A stretch of DNA of 64,000 bases from Massalongia carnosa (taxonomy: Eukaryota). The notes beneath the pieces are model-generated. The model did not search any database. It saw only the letters and a list, made by a program, of their open reading frames with translations, and was not told where the DNA came from. Position 1 is the first letter of the stretch. Every line of letters starts with the position of its first letter. Positions 36,966-48,700 of this stretch are shown piece after piece. The stretch is taken from positions 1,550,001 through 1,614,000 of the forward strand of contig OZ287083.1 in the NCBI GenBank assembly GCA_965645245.1, in the 5' to 3' direction. The translations under genes and the position numbers were made by a program.

Positions 36966-39900
36966 TTACCATGACCAAATAATGTCGTCGGGACCAGGTT
37001 CTGAGTCTATCTCATCAACGTTAGGCAGGAGGCAGCGCGCCATGTCAATATCGTCGGTGGGTCCAAGAAGCCGGTCGAGCATACAATCCTCCAAATACAG
37101 CAACCCCTGTGCCGTGCAGCTAGTAGCGATCCTCGCCGGCCGTATGTCGTTGCCAAAATTGTCTTCTATGGCCTCCTTGCTGGTCGCGAAGACGACCTGT
37201 TCGTTCCGAAATTTGATCCAACCGCCGTCTTTTTGCGGCTTTAGGAAAACGTAAGCTTTCGCTCCCTCCTTGCCGCCATGGTTGACTACGACTCTGTTTA
37301 CCATAAGCCTACATGCGCGGTTGCGGACATTCAAACAAAGCGGGGATAAATACCCATGCAAGATGTATCTGCGTGATCGAGTTTCCGCTCCATGCTGTTC
37401 TTCAATGGTCATCATTGGGGAGAACTCGATCCGGTCGTGCGCCTAGAGCCGTCAACGTGGCGCTCCCGGTGTCTTGGTTTCCATGATGACACACTTACCT
37501 TTTCCATTTGGTCCTTGTTGACGTCGTAATATATACGGGTGAGATATAGGACGAGAACAGGAGGTAGGGTTTGTACATAAACGGATTCATCGACAAGCCT
37601 CGAGCGGAAGGCCTCGATAGCGTTTTTAATTCCATAATCGCTCAGATGGATGACTATAAGAGCTTGTTAAAACCAAAATGCACTTTAAACAACGGGCAGG
37701 GTTATGGATACCCCAGGACAGCTCTGCATTCAGATATTTTCTGTATCGGAACGTGGTGCAAAAAAGATCCTGGATGCTTATCCCTTGGTTTTCCTTCAAG
37801 AGGTCGTCAAGGCGAGAAAGCAAAACTTCCAAGAATTGCAGCGGATCCTGCGGTTCAGATAGTTGCTGCTCCTCCCACCCAAAAGCTCTTGTAAGGTCTC
37901 TTGCCGATATAGCTTCCTCTGAAGTCTTCAAATGCGCAAAAACCCTTTTTAACGCAGGTATAAAACTTGGCCGGCTCCAGATTGCCGGCTGAAACAACGC
38001 CTTCGCGGATTAGCTAGATAGCCTCTGAGCGCATTGACTTACCTCGTGGATAGGGCGTAATATAAACAATAGCTGAAGGGTTGTGTTTAAATAACCTGTC
38101 TGGCCTTCATTGTGTATTCCTGTATAGCCGGTTGGCCGGCTCAAGTAGGAGTTAAAGTCCCTAGCCTGAATCTTACTTATGCGATCCCCACTCCTAGTCG
38201 ATGTCACTGAGAGCCTGGTGGAAGCCCAATTGAGTAGCTCGTCGCCATACTTGGCGCGTGCTTCTTCCCTTGCCCCGTTTTCTATTAAAAATAACACTGC
38301 CTCCATATGCCTACCCTTGATAGCCCAATCCAGAGAGGTCCATCCACTATCATCGCTTTCCTTTAGATCTGCGCCATTCTCAAGGAGTAATCGTAAAACT
38401 CCTACATGTCCGCTGCAGGCCGCTTGATGCAAAGCCGTTTCCCCATTATTGTTTATTTTTCTGACATTTACGTTCTTGTTAACAAGAAATCCAATGATAT
38501 CAACGTGACCCTGCCAAGCCGCAAGGAAAAGACCAGTTTCACCTTCATTACTCGTTTGATGTAGATCAATCAGGTTCAAAACAGATTCTTCCTCCAAAAT
38601 CTCCAACAATCCAAACGTACAAAGAGTGTGAAGCGGCGTTACCGGGGAACTCAGTATGGCTGCAAACTTATCTGCCAAAGGGTCACGAATATCTATGGCC
38701 GAGGATAGTTTACTTATAGAATGTATCCATTCAAAAAAGGGGCCACTATCATACGCCCCTCTAAAGAAGACACCCATGACTTTAAGTTTTATGGTGTCTC
38801 TCCGTTGATCGGGTCGAATTTTTCCATAATGCACAACCCAATATAACGTTGCGTATTCCCAGAGAATTGTATTTTTCTCCAGAGAAATCTGGGGCACCGC
38901 ACGCTCCGAAATTTGGGTCGAGAAAGAGACAGCGGTGAACTTGGAGGCATATACGTTTAGACATTTTTCAACAGCAAGAGAGTGAATAGCATCGAAAGAA
39001 TAATCAGAACGCCCTTCAAGATATTCCCGGACTGACAGGTGGGCCAATCTGAAAGTGTCAAGCTCGGTGTCCAGAACAACAAGATTACAACATAGACCGA
39101 GAATTTCCTCGCTTGATATCAGCTGACTGCTTTCCGCTATAGAGTGCGATGATACTGCCGATAAGAATTCGCTAGTGGATAATGGACGTTGAGCACAAAG
39201 CAGCCACTTTAGTGCGTTCTCTGCGATTGAACGCCCTTCTGATTCCAATTGTAGGATCTGAGCATAAACAGCTGTATAGAGGGCAGAGAGCGCCTTTGGA
39301 GGCCGGTCAAGAGCTTTTCTAACATCAGCATCAAGTCTCATGCGCCTAGGATCGCATAGATTTTGAATCTGAAGACTTGCCCATTGAAACCTAAGCATCA
39401 TCAGAATGGAAACTTTCTTGAGAGACAGAGATCTCACATTCCATGAGCTCCATTTATTAGCTTGGTAATGATGTAATCTTTTAGCTCCTCCGGGACTCTG
39501 CCATTTAGTAGTCTTTTATTACGAATTGCTTGCTCTACCTCGAGGTATATGAATCGATCAATGTCTTCTTTGTTCTCGTCTGCTTTGATGAAGATGTTTG
39601 GTAAGCCAGCCAGCCGAAGGACAATGTCCATATCATCTCGGCTTGATATCAACACTTTGATAAGACTAGCTGACTTATCAATTATCAGTTTCAATGCACT
39701 TAGCAATTCGTGCCTGCGTAATGGATCACATTCGTCAAGTGCATCAATAATTATGATTGCTGGATTCTGATCAGTAAGATCTAGAATAATCTCCGTGCAG
39801 TCTTCAATCGTTAATTTGGCAGGCTCGGATCCATCTTCTTCTGCTTCTTTGCGTCTCAATTGGTATTCCTGGAGCACAGGATCTCGAATAGGCATATCGG

Positions 39901-41681
39901 AGTCAGAGCAAGATAGCTGCTTCACAACTGCTCGTAAAACCTCACCAGGATCAGCACGCTTTGCTTCAGCCGCATTCCGGGCACAATAGAAATAGGCGAC
40001 TGGGGGTGAAGACGGATATTTACGTTTCTCGGTGAGAAACGTCTCTACAATTGTAGACACGAGCTTGGTCTTGCCCGAGCCTGGAATACCATGAAGCCAT
40101 AAGATAGACGACGCGCTCGAGCCTTTCCATTCAATATATTCCTCTTTGAGCTGAACCCAGGCCCCTGAGTCATGAAGTACTTCTTTCCACGAATTCTTGT
40201 GATGTTCTCGATAGGGAATAGTGGACATCCATCGAAATACCTCCAATCGTTCTTCTCGTTTGAGATTATCGTGTAACTCTGATACTTGGTCAATGATGCG
40301 CACAATTGGTTGCCGTAAGGTATCCAGAATTTGCTCTAATTTAGTCTCAATTACTGCAATCAATCTTCGATATTAGTACGTTGCCAGAAAGTTAGGTAGA
40401 AGTTTTAGATGATAGGCCAACTAAACCTCGAAGTGAGGGCGAGACTACTTACATTTTCGGCTGGTGTCGTTGCGGAGAGACAGCTCTTGCATGTCATTGC
40501 TGATCGTAGTAATAGTTTCATGAGTTGATGAAACGGCCGTTGCTATATCTCGTTGACCTAGTTGTTGTCAGAGTTCCCATGAGAGAAATTTGACCTTATT
40601 AAGACTAAATATTTTTCCATATAGTTTCTAATATGTTAAGAAAAAGGAACGTAATAACTTGGATTGACACAAAGACAACACAAAAAGACCTCCCGCAAAT
40701 TCGCGGCCTCTGCTCTCGGCGATATTCAACAACGACAATAATCGTAATGAACCCTACGGAATAATAGTATGGCTTACGTTCTGCATCCACTAGTTTGCCC
40801 CAATACTCGACCATATTTTGCTCCTCCGCAATCCGCTGAAGGAAGTTATCCACAGTGTCAGATGTCTGTATGATACTTTGTCCAATACGTTCTACCTAGC
40901 TTTAGCTAAGTGAAACCAACGGCTATGAATCATGGCTGTGTACGTACGAATGGTTCTCTTCTCGTAATATCGCCTGGCGTTCGCAAGGTAAGTTAAGATA
41001 GCGACATAAAGCCGAACCAATGCCTCCTCTAAATGACTCTTTGCCGCAGAGGCTTCCGTTAGGTAGACAATCTCGAATATTCTACTACGCACTACCAAGT
41101 TGGATACACGCTCCAAGCCTTCCGCCATGGTACCAAAAATAGAAACATCGTTGATTGCCATCTGAATGTATCATCTGTCAGCTCAGAATTTTCAGTACAA
41201 TATGTTGAAACGCCTATTCTACAACCAAAAAAAATAATACCTCGATAAAGAGTAAAGGACCTAGAACAAAAGGATTGCCCAAAGACCGGAAAAGGAGAAG
41301 ATACACACAAAAATCTTCTCTTGCCACGAAGCGGCGCAGGGGAAGCGTACCTACTTGTAGAAAGAAGCGTACAGCAGCCCAGGGCAACGCTGCATGGGAT
41401 GGATCGTATTGTACTGCTGCATCGCCGACTTCTTTGAATTTGCTCACCCAAGTTACAATTTTCTCGAATATGTCACGCAGAATAAGGACATCCCCATTAG
41501 CCTTTTTGTATTTCCAGCGTTTCTGCATACAGACATTTCTCTTTTCTTCTACAACGATCAAGACGTCCTCTATGATGCGTTGACTAGGTAGTCCGAAGTT
41601 GAGCTGCTGTTTATCATCTATCTTCAGCGTCGCTAATGCCAAATTCCACAGATCTCGAGAGTAATTCCCGCTGATAGCCAT
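36966..41681 (-). CDS. NLR-like STAND protein: N-terminal helical domain, NACHT, winged helix, ankyrin repeats, inactive USP7/Ubp15-like domain (1294 aa)
   Basis: Ten exons (41681-41355, 41161-40948, 40891-40778, 40557-40453, 40353-39438, 39390-38043, 38000-37712, 37653-37499, 37442-37354, 37293-36966), all GT-AG, total 3885 nt in frame. Walker A GIPGSGKT, Walker [10 protein letters not shown], 3-4 ankyrins, degenerate USP Cys and His boxes. Confidence 0.85.
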
Positions 41682-42121
41682 GATGTTGTTGTATGAATTG
41701 AAGCAGAGTCGTCGCAGGAACATTTAGCATACAGAATTTCACGATGATATCATAACTATTACCGGTCATAATAATTTCTTGAATGTCCAGTAGGGTATGA
41801 AATAAGTTTTCATGCAGTGGAATACAGAGTACCTTCTACCTTCTTGGAGGACAAGTTTCGCCTAGACAATGCTTAGTGAAGGTATTTATAAATTTACTAC
41901 GGTAAAACGACTAAAATAGTATTTGAGAAAAAGGGACCTTTCTGCTCACTAGTAACTCCCGTAAATATGATAAGGCTGAGCGCCGCCAAGCCCTGGACTT
42001 TTGTTACCTAGTAACATCGGCCTCTCTCATCATCTAAGAGCACAACTCGTAGTTTTGTCACCGTCCAGGTTACTGTCGACGCCAAATCCACCTTATCACA
42101 CCATTTAGGATCGGCACCAAA

Positions 42122-42609
42122 ATGGGTGTCCCATTTGAAGCTCTTCTCCCCTATGGGATCATGCTTGGGGTGAGGTCATCTCCGCTTTGCAAGCATGAGC
42201 GCATAACTGATCCCCTCGGCCAGCTGTTCGCCTTTACTGGAGCTGGTCTCTCAAAAGTAAGACACATGCAGAACGGGGGCAAGCGGGCACGACATTCGGT
42301 AGATCAATGGGATAGGGTACGCCATGAAGCCGTTCCCCTCTATGAGAGTAGTTGGCTAACGATAGAGAAGCAAAGTATGAATTTTTCTCGACGTGCTTCC
42401 TGTTCCAGGTCTGATTGGACACAACTTAATGACGTGTACAGTGATGGACCGAGATAGACGGTTGACGGGGTTTCTACGGGGACAAACGGACAAGGTGGAG
42501 GCTCCTTTGGGCTTTGAGCTGAACAACCCTTGGCGGGTATGTCTTATCCTCCTACTTCTCGTCGGTTCATAGCATTGACTGCGAGCAGATGGAGAGGCGA
42601 TATTTCTAG
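42122..42609 (+). CDS. NDUFA1: Complex I accessory subunit NDUFA1 (MWFE)
   Basis: MGVPFEALLPY..NGGKRARHSVDQWDRQMMDRDRRLTG..RGQ. Five exons including a 4-nt micro-exon at 42371-42374. Confidence 0.92.
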
Positions 42610-42660
42610 CCAGCCATTATATCCAGTCCATTTCTTATAACTCACGCCCTGGTCTCCACG

Positions 42661-43698
42661 TTAGCCTTTCAACTCCGTCTCCAACCCCTTGATCCCTAGG
42701 GCCTCATGCTCCTCCAAATCAACTCTAAACTACTTTATCAATGCTCCCAGCCTCTCGCTCTCACCTCTAGATACATCTACTACTTCCGTCTTCTCGCCAA
42801 CCTTCCTCTTGACTCCCCCCTCCCCCCTTTCAAGACCAGGGTCCCAACTAATTCCTCCGAGCTCTCCCCCATTATCATCTGCGTAACCACAAGTCGTCGC
42901 AGAAACCATCTTTCCGGTCCCTGACTCATTCAAAAATCCATGATCCGATAATCTTGTGGTAAGAATTCTAGCTCTGTGAAGCAATAATTTGGAAGTTAAT
43001 TTTCTGTTTCTGACTTCCGATGTTGGTAAATCCAGAGACGCTGCTCTGCATCCATATCCTCAGAGATATTATCCCGCACCAAGCGCATTTTCTGCGGTGG
43101 TATCCTGGGAAAAACCTTTCCCGCTTGGAGCGGAAGCGACTGCGTCGGACCACCGGAGCCAAAGCCTATGTCGACCATGTACTTGCTCCTACTGGGTAGG
43201 GTTACAAAGTTTACCGTATGTTCCCTGAGAGTATCAATGACTTACTCTGCGCCCACTTCCCCTTGAACTATCCGACCTAGACCCTGGAAGACTGCCTGGT
43301 AGAGAAAGAAGAAAACATCACCCACCATCCTGTATACCCTTCCCCCTCCCCCCGCCGCAGATTCGCTCACTCTCGCCCCGGTACTGTATACTGTGAACCC
43401 AAGACTCCGCAGCACGATGATGAAAAAACGGTTATTTTTCATGCAGTACCCACCCCTCCTCCCGCAAGATCTTTTCGTAAAGCGCATCTACATCAAGGGA
43501 AATGTTGTGATGCACGGAATAGTGTAGTGCCAAGTTCTCGAAGGGGACGTGCGCGAGGGTACGGTTTTGTAACATGGTCAGGAGATCCATGGAAAGGGGT
43601 GGTACGGTAGAAGTTGGAGGAAGAGAAAGGGAGATGCGGGCAAAATACTCATAGAGCTGGGCGGGGGAGTAAATCGGTGGAGTTAAAGGATATCCCAT
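42661..43698 (-). pseudogene. NAT: Arylamine N-acetyltransferase pseudogene
   Basis: VPFENL.LHYS, RGGYC (Cys), H.VN (His), VDIGFG (Asp), EFLPQD. Three in-frame stops (~42996, ~42929, ~42730) and several frameshifts. Confidence 0.85.
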
Positions 43699-43924
43699 TG
43701 TGATGTGTACTGGGAGTTGTGGGAGTTGGGAAGAAAATCAGAACCGAAGTAGGGAGTGCAGTTCTTAGCTACGTATGTCTGAGACAAGATCTTATGGCGT
43801 TACCAATGATACACACGAAAAATGGTCAAACCTGCTCCTGTTAGCGGAGAAATAGAAAAGCTCCGCTGACTGTACGGTCTACAAAGTAAAAAACCCACCA
43901 AGCCTGGAAATTCAGTCGGACGCT

Positions 43925-45101
43925 CTACTCGTCATCCTCCTCTCCCTCCTCCTCATCCTGCGCCACAATCCTCGCTCTCCTTTCCCTTTCCTCAAACTCC
44001 AGGCTTTCCATCTGCGAATCACGGATAGCCTTCATCCGATCCGCCGGTCCTGGTAGTTTCCCAATCTTATCCGCAATCTGGCCCCGTCCGATCAAGCTGG
44101 CCACGATACTGGCGCCTACTATGAAAGTGAGCACAAATCGGTAGGTCGAGTACCAGTGTGGCGCCCATCCCCGCGTAACAGCTAGTGCATCGGCGTAGTA
44201 GAGGAAAGTGAAGGCAAGGAATTGAGATATTAGGGCGTATTCAATGGGGAACAGTAACGTAGGCCAAGCCACTGCAGGAGCAATCACTCCGTACGCGTAC
44301 CGCGAATAACCATGTTCGCCGCCGTACTTAGCCCATTCTAAACCCCAATGAATAGCACCGAGGAAGGATATGATCTGAACTTCTTTTTAGCTTGGGCTGT
44401 TTGTCACCCAGAGCTCAGGAATTACTCACCACAGCGCCATAGCCAATCTGTAGTGGCTCAACAATATGCAAGAGCAGCTCGGCTGTTTGCCCTGATACTA
44501 GAAACCCATGTCCCGTAATCGCTGCGTGGTTGATATCCCATGCCAAGTAAACGGTTGAGAGGGACGTTGCAAGATATGGAAGAACCCCTGCCATCCCTAT
44601 GACAAAGGCTTCGCGGGGCACCTCATGAAGGGCGAACGTATCCTTGACGATTTTCTGAAGTACAACAGCCCAAGTCAGTGAAGCTCTAGCATACCGCGTT
44701 TGCTGGGTACTCCTAACTATATCTGACCACACGCCTGCAAGCATCTCCACATCCTTCTCAGGCTCTTCGGTAGCTTTCTCCTCAAAGGCTAGATGAACAG
44801 ACGAGTTGACTGATACTTCTTCAGGATGCGGTTCCAGCACTGCTTCTGCAGCTGCTTTCTCGCTCTTGGCGTCGATACGATCATGAGGATTGATGGTGGA
44901 AGCGTATCGTTGAAGGGATTGGCCAAAGGGAATATGGATGGTCAATGCTAAACTCGTGGATCGTGGGAGTTTCCGAGGACGCGAGGCTGAGAATTTGAGG
45001 GTATTCACAGGTGCGAAATGTGAGCTACTGCGGTTGCAAGAGGCTATGAAGCGAAAAGCAGGTCGGGCCAAGTAGCCATTGCACCCTGGCCGAAGCATCA
45101 T
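43925..45101 (-). CDS. DUF3429/TMEM69-like mitochondrial membrane protein
   Basis: GMAGVLPY, QIGYGAVIISFLGAIHWGLE, W.P.WY..YRFVLT. Presequence-like N-terminus; two introns. Confidence 0.85.
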
Positions 45102-45768
45102 GCCAATTAATCTGTTGGACTTACGATTCCGAGCCAGCAACGGGAGAGATCTACCCTGGAGATAGTTAAAGTAATCTTGCTGTACCTAGCGGAGAAATCA
45201 CTGATAGTGAAGCTCCGCTGTTGAATTGGCGATGCCAAGGGCTACCTTACCTACAACGGTTAGATTATCGCCAAGACCTAATTCATCCAGCAGCTATCCT
45301 AGATACGTCATCCATAGAACTGGCAAGGGATTGTGCGAGGTCGTGGATTAAAATGGTTCGAGGTACTTTGTATCAGTATTCGAAAAAATCTGTTTGCATC
45401 CTTCAGAACTATCCATAGGCAAGAAGTCTGAGCTTTAAGGGCTTCTGTCTGACTTGATCCCAAAAGAAGGCATCATCGGACCATGTCCGCAACCTATTAA
45501 CTATTTGGAGGCATAACTAGTCTGCCTCTGCAAAAGTGTTGAGCCCCCATGAACCAACGCCTTCTGCTAGCTCGTGCAGACGTAATCTGATCAGAGTCAC
45601 AATCTGTTGATGTCGTTTGTTTCACAGCAGCTGCCATGATTCATGAACCGAACGACTGAGGCAAGCATTCCTCTGTCCAACTTACACCCACTTTGCTTTC
45701 CCCCTCTGAGTCTTGTATATCTATAACTATTCTTCTCCCAGCCGGGGTAACGGCAGACAGCAGCCATC

Positions 45769-48700
45769 ATGCTTGAAGGACTTTTTGCAAACCTGCTCAA
45801 TCGCTTCCTGGGCATGTACGTCAAAAATTTCGATGCCTCTCAATTGAACGTTGGTATATTGAACGGGAACGTTCAGCTACGGAATCTGGAGCTCCGAAAG
45901 GAAGCATTGGATCAACTACATCTACCAGTCAATGTTGTCGAAGGTCATCTTGGCCATCTCACCATGTCAATACCGTTCACAAATCTGCGAGGGAAGCCCG
46001 TGAAAATCAACATTGAGGATATCTTTCTTTTAGCTGCTCCTAAAGAAGACGCAGAATACGATGAGGACGAGGAAGCAAAGCGGGCACATGCCGTTAAGAT
46101 GGAGAAGCTGGAGAACGCAGAGCTTTTGAAGCAAAGGAGCACTGAAGGCCTAAGCCACGAGGAGCAGCAAAAAAGCCAGAGCTTCACCGAGAGCCTCACT
46201 ACTGCTATCATAGATAATCTTCAAGTTAGTATTAAGCGTATACACATCCGTTATGAGGATTCGATGTCCGCGCCCGGCCATCCGTTTGCTCTTGGTCTTA
46301 CGTTACAAGAGTTCAGTGCCGTAAGTACCGATAAGGACTGGGTACCGAGCATGATACAATCGTCGTCGGGGACTACCAATAAACTAGTGCGCCTTGGGGC
46401 TTTGGCCTTCTATTGGAATACTGACGCATCATTGTTTGGAACGGGTAAAGGCGCAGCGGTTGGTGCAGAGGCACAGAAAACAGATCATGATGCAGTGATC
46501 CGGAGATTCCGAGAGGGTTTGGAAAGTGGTGCTACGCAGCAATACATGCTGAAGCCTGTCAGCGGTCGCGCCGCAGTTGAAATGGACAAATCAGGGAAGA
46601 CCGATAAGCCCAAAATCAAGGCTCGATTGATATTTGAGGAAATTGGGTTTGTCTTGGACGATGATCAGTATCGCGATGCTTTGATGATGGCTGACCTATT
46701 CCATTATTTTATCCGTCACCAGGAGCACAAGAAATCTCGACCAAAGAAACCGCCAAAAGAAGATCCAAAAGCATGGCTTAGGTTTGCGTTTAATGCAGTC
46801 ATCAAAAAAATCCATGACCGAAACCGGCAATGGACAGGGGAATACGTGATTGAGCGACGAGATAACAGGCTTCGATACATCGAGCTGTTCAAGAAGAAGA
46901 AGCAAGAAGCAAAGATGACGCCTGCTGAGACCGAGGAGCTTCAGAGCTTGGAGAGGAAGCTTAGCTATGAGGATTTGCGATTTTGGCGGTCTCTTGCTCG
47001 AAATCAGCTTCGCAAGGAGAATGTAGGACTTAAGAAGCCTGCTCAAAAACAGACTTGGACGCAATGGGCTTGGGGAGGCGGTAAGAAGGCAGAAAAAGGA
47101 CACATAGACGGGGAAAGCTCCGAAATGTCAGAGGAAGAGCGGAAAGCGCTTTATGATGCTATCGATTGGGACGAGAAGAAAGCCATATCCGACAGCGTTG
47201 ATCTACCCCGCGAAAGCGTTAAGTTGCAGGTTGAGTCATCTCTGCGGACTGGGAGTTTTACACTCAAGCGCGACCCTCATGGAAAAGCCACCGAGATCCT
47301 AAGTTTGATGTTCGATAATTTTCAAGCCAGGGCTATACAGCGACCAGACTCTTTTCTTGCAGACTTGAGCCTTGGTGGTCTTCGTGTTAACGATGGTACA
47401 ACAGAAGGTAGTCTGTTTCCTCAGATTGTCAACTTCAAAGATGCAAACCCACAGCTCAACGACAAGTCTCTCGAGCAAATAAGTACAAGTGACGATGACC
47501 CTGACGAAAAGAGGGCTAAGGAAAAGGCAACTCAGGATGCGCTGTTCCACCTTATTTTTGAACAAAACCCTTTGGATGACAGTGCAGACTCGGCATTGAA
47601 TTTGAATCTTAAGAGTCTGGAGGTTGTATACAATCCGCGGTTTGTTGTCGAGGTAGCCAAATTCTTCAAACCCCCAGAGAGGCACATGGAGTCCATCGGG
47701 GCTCTTCTGGAGACAGCAGGAGCTACAGTGGAGGGACTTCGACAGCAGACAAGGGCAGGTCTGGAGTTTGCGCTCGAAGAACACAAGACCCTTAACGCTA
47801 ATCTGGACATCCAAGCGCCATTGATCATAATACCCGAAAGTATCACCTCTGAAAGCACTTTATGTTTGATCTTGGATGCTGGTCATGTTAGTCTTAAGAG
47901 TGAACTTGTTGGTAAGGATACTATGCGAGATATACAGTCAAAACAAAAGAAACAGTACAGCGATGAAGACTTCAAGCAGCTTGAGGGGCTGATGTATGAC
48001 AAGTTCTTGTTGAAACTAGACTCGACCCAGGTTCTTATTGGGCCTGGTATTCAAGCTACTAAAGACCAGCTACACATCAAAGATGACTCAAAGAGTCTTC
48101 ACATAATAGATCGTATTAGCATGGATTTCATTTTGGAAACCTCTATAATCCCGAAAGCTGCAGACTTGACAAAAACCCGCGTCTCTGGCCATCTCCCTGT
48201 TTTGCATGCGTCGATATCGGATAAGAAGTACAGAAATTTGATGAAGTTGATCGATATTGCGATACCACAGTTTGACACCGACGAATCCCTAGAAGACGGG
48301 ATACAAGCGCCATCAAACACGAACAAAATTCTATCTCCCGAAAAATTCAGGACTGAGGATGCTTTGAGCAGACCCCGCTCTAAGTCTTTCTCTGCGCCTG
48401 CGCACCAGGATCTTGTCTTGGAGGACGATAGCGATGAGGAAGGCAGCCATAACCACAAGGATGATGCAAAGGAATCCGGTAGTGATAGCAATTTCCATCA
48501 GAAGAATTTTGAATTCAGATTCACTGTCGATAAACTACAGGGTTCCCTATATCGGTCGGATGCAGATGGAAAACAACCTGATGAGCTACTAGTTGAATTG
48601 GTTGCTGAACATTTTCAGCTCGACTTTTATTTACGCCCTTATGACATGGTAGCAAAGGTGTTGTTGAAATCACTAAATGTGGAAGACCACATAGAGGCTG

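Noticed and set aside
37294..37353. Apparent 20-aa insertion in the USP His box
   Set aside because: A 60-nt stop-free GT-AG intron; removing it restores YILHGVVV.
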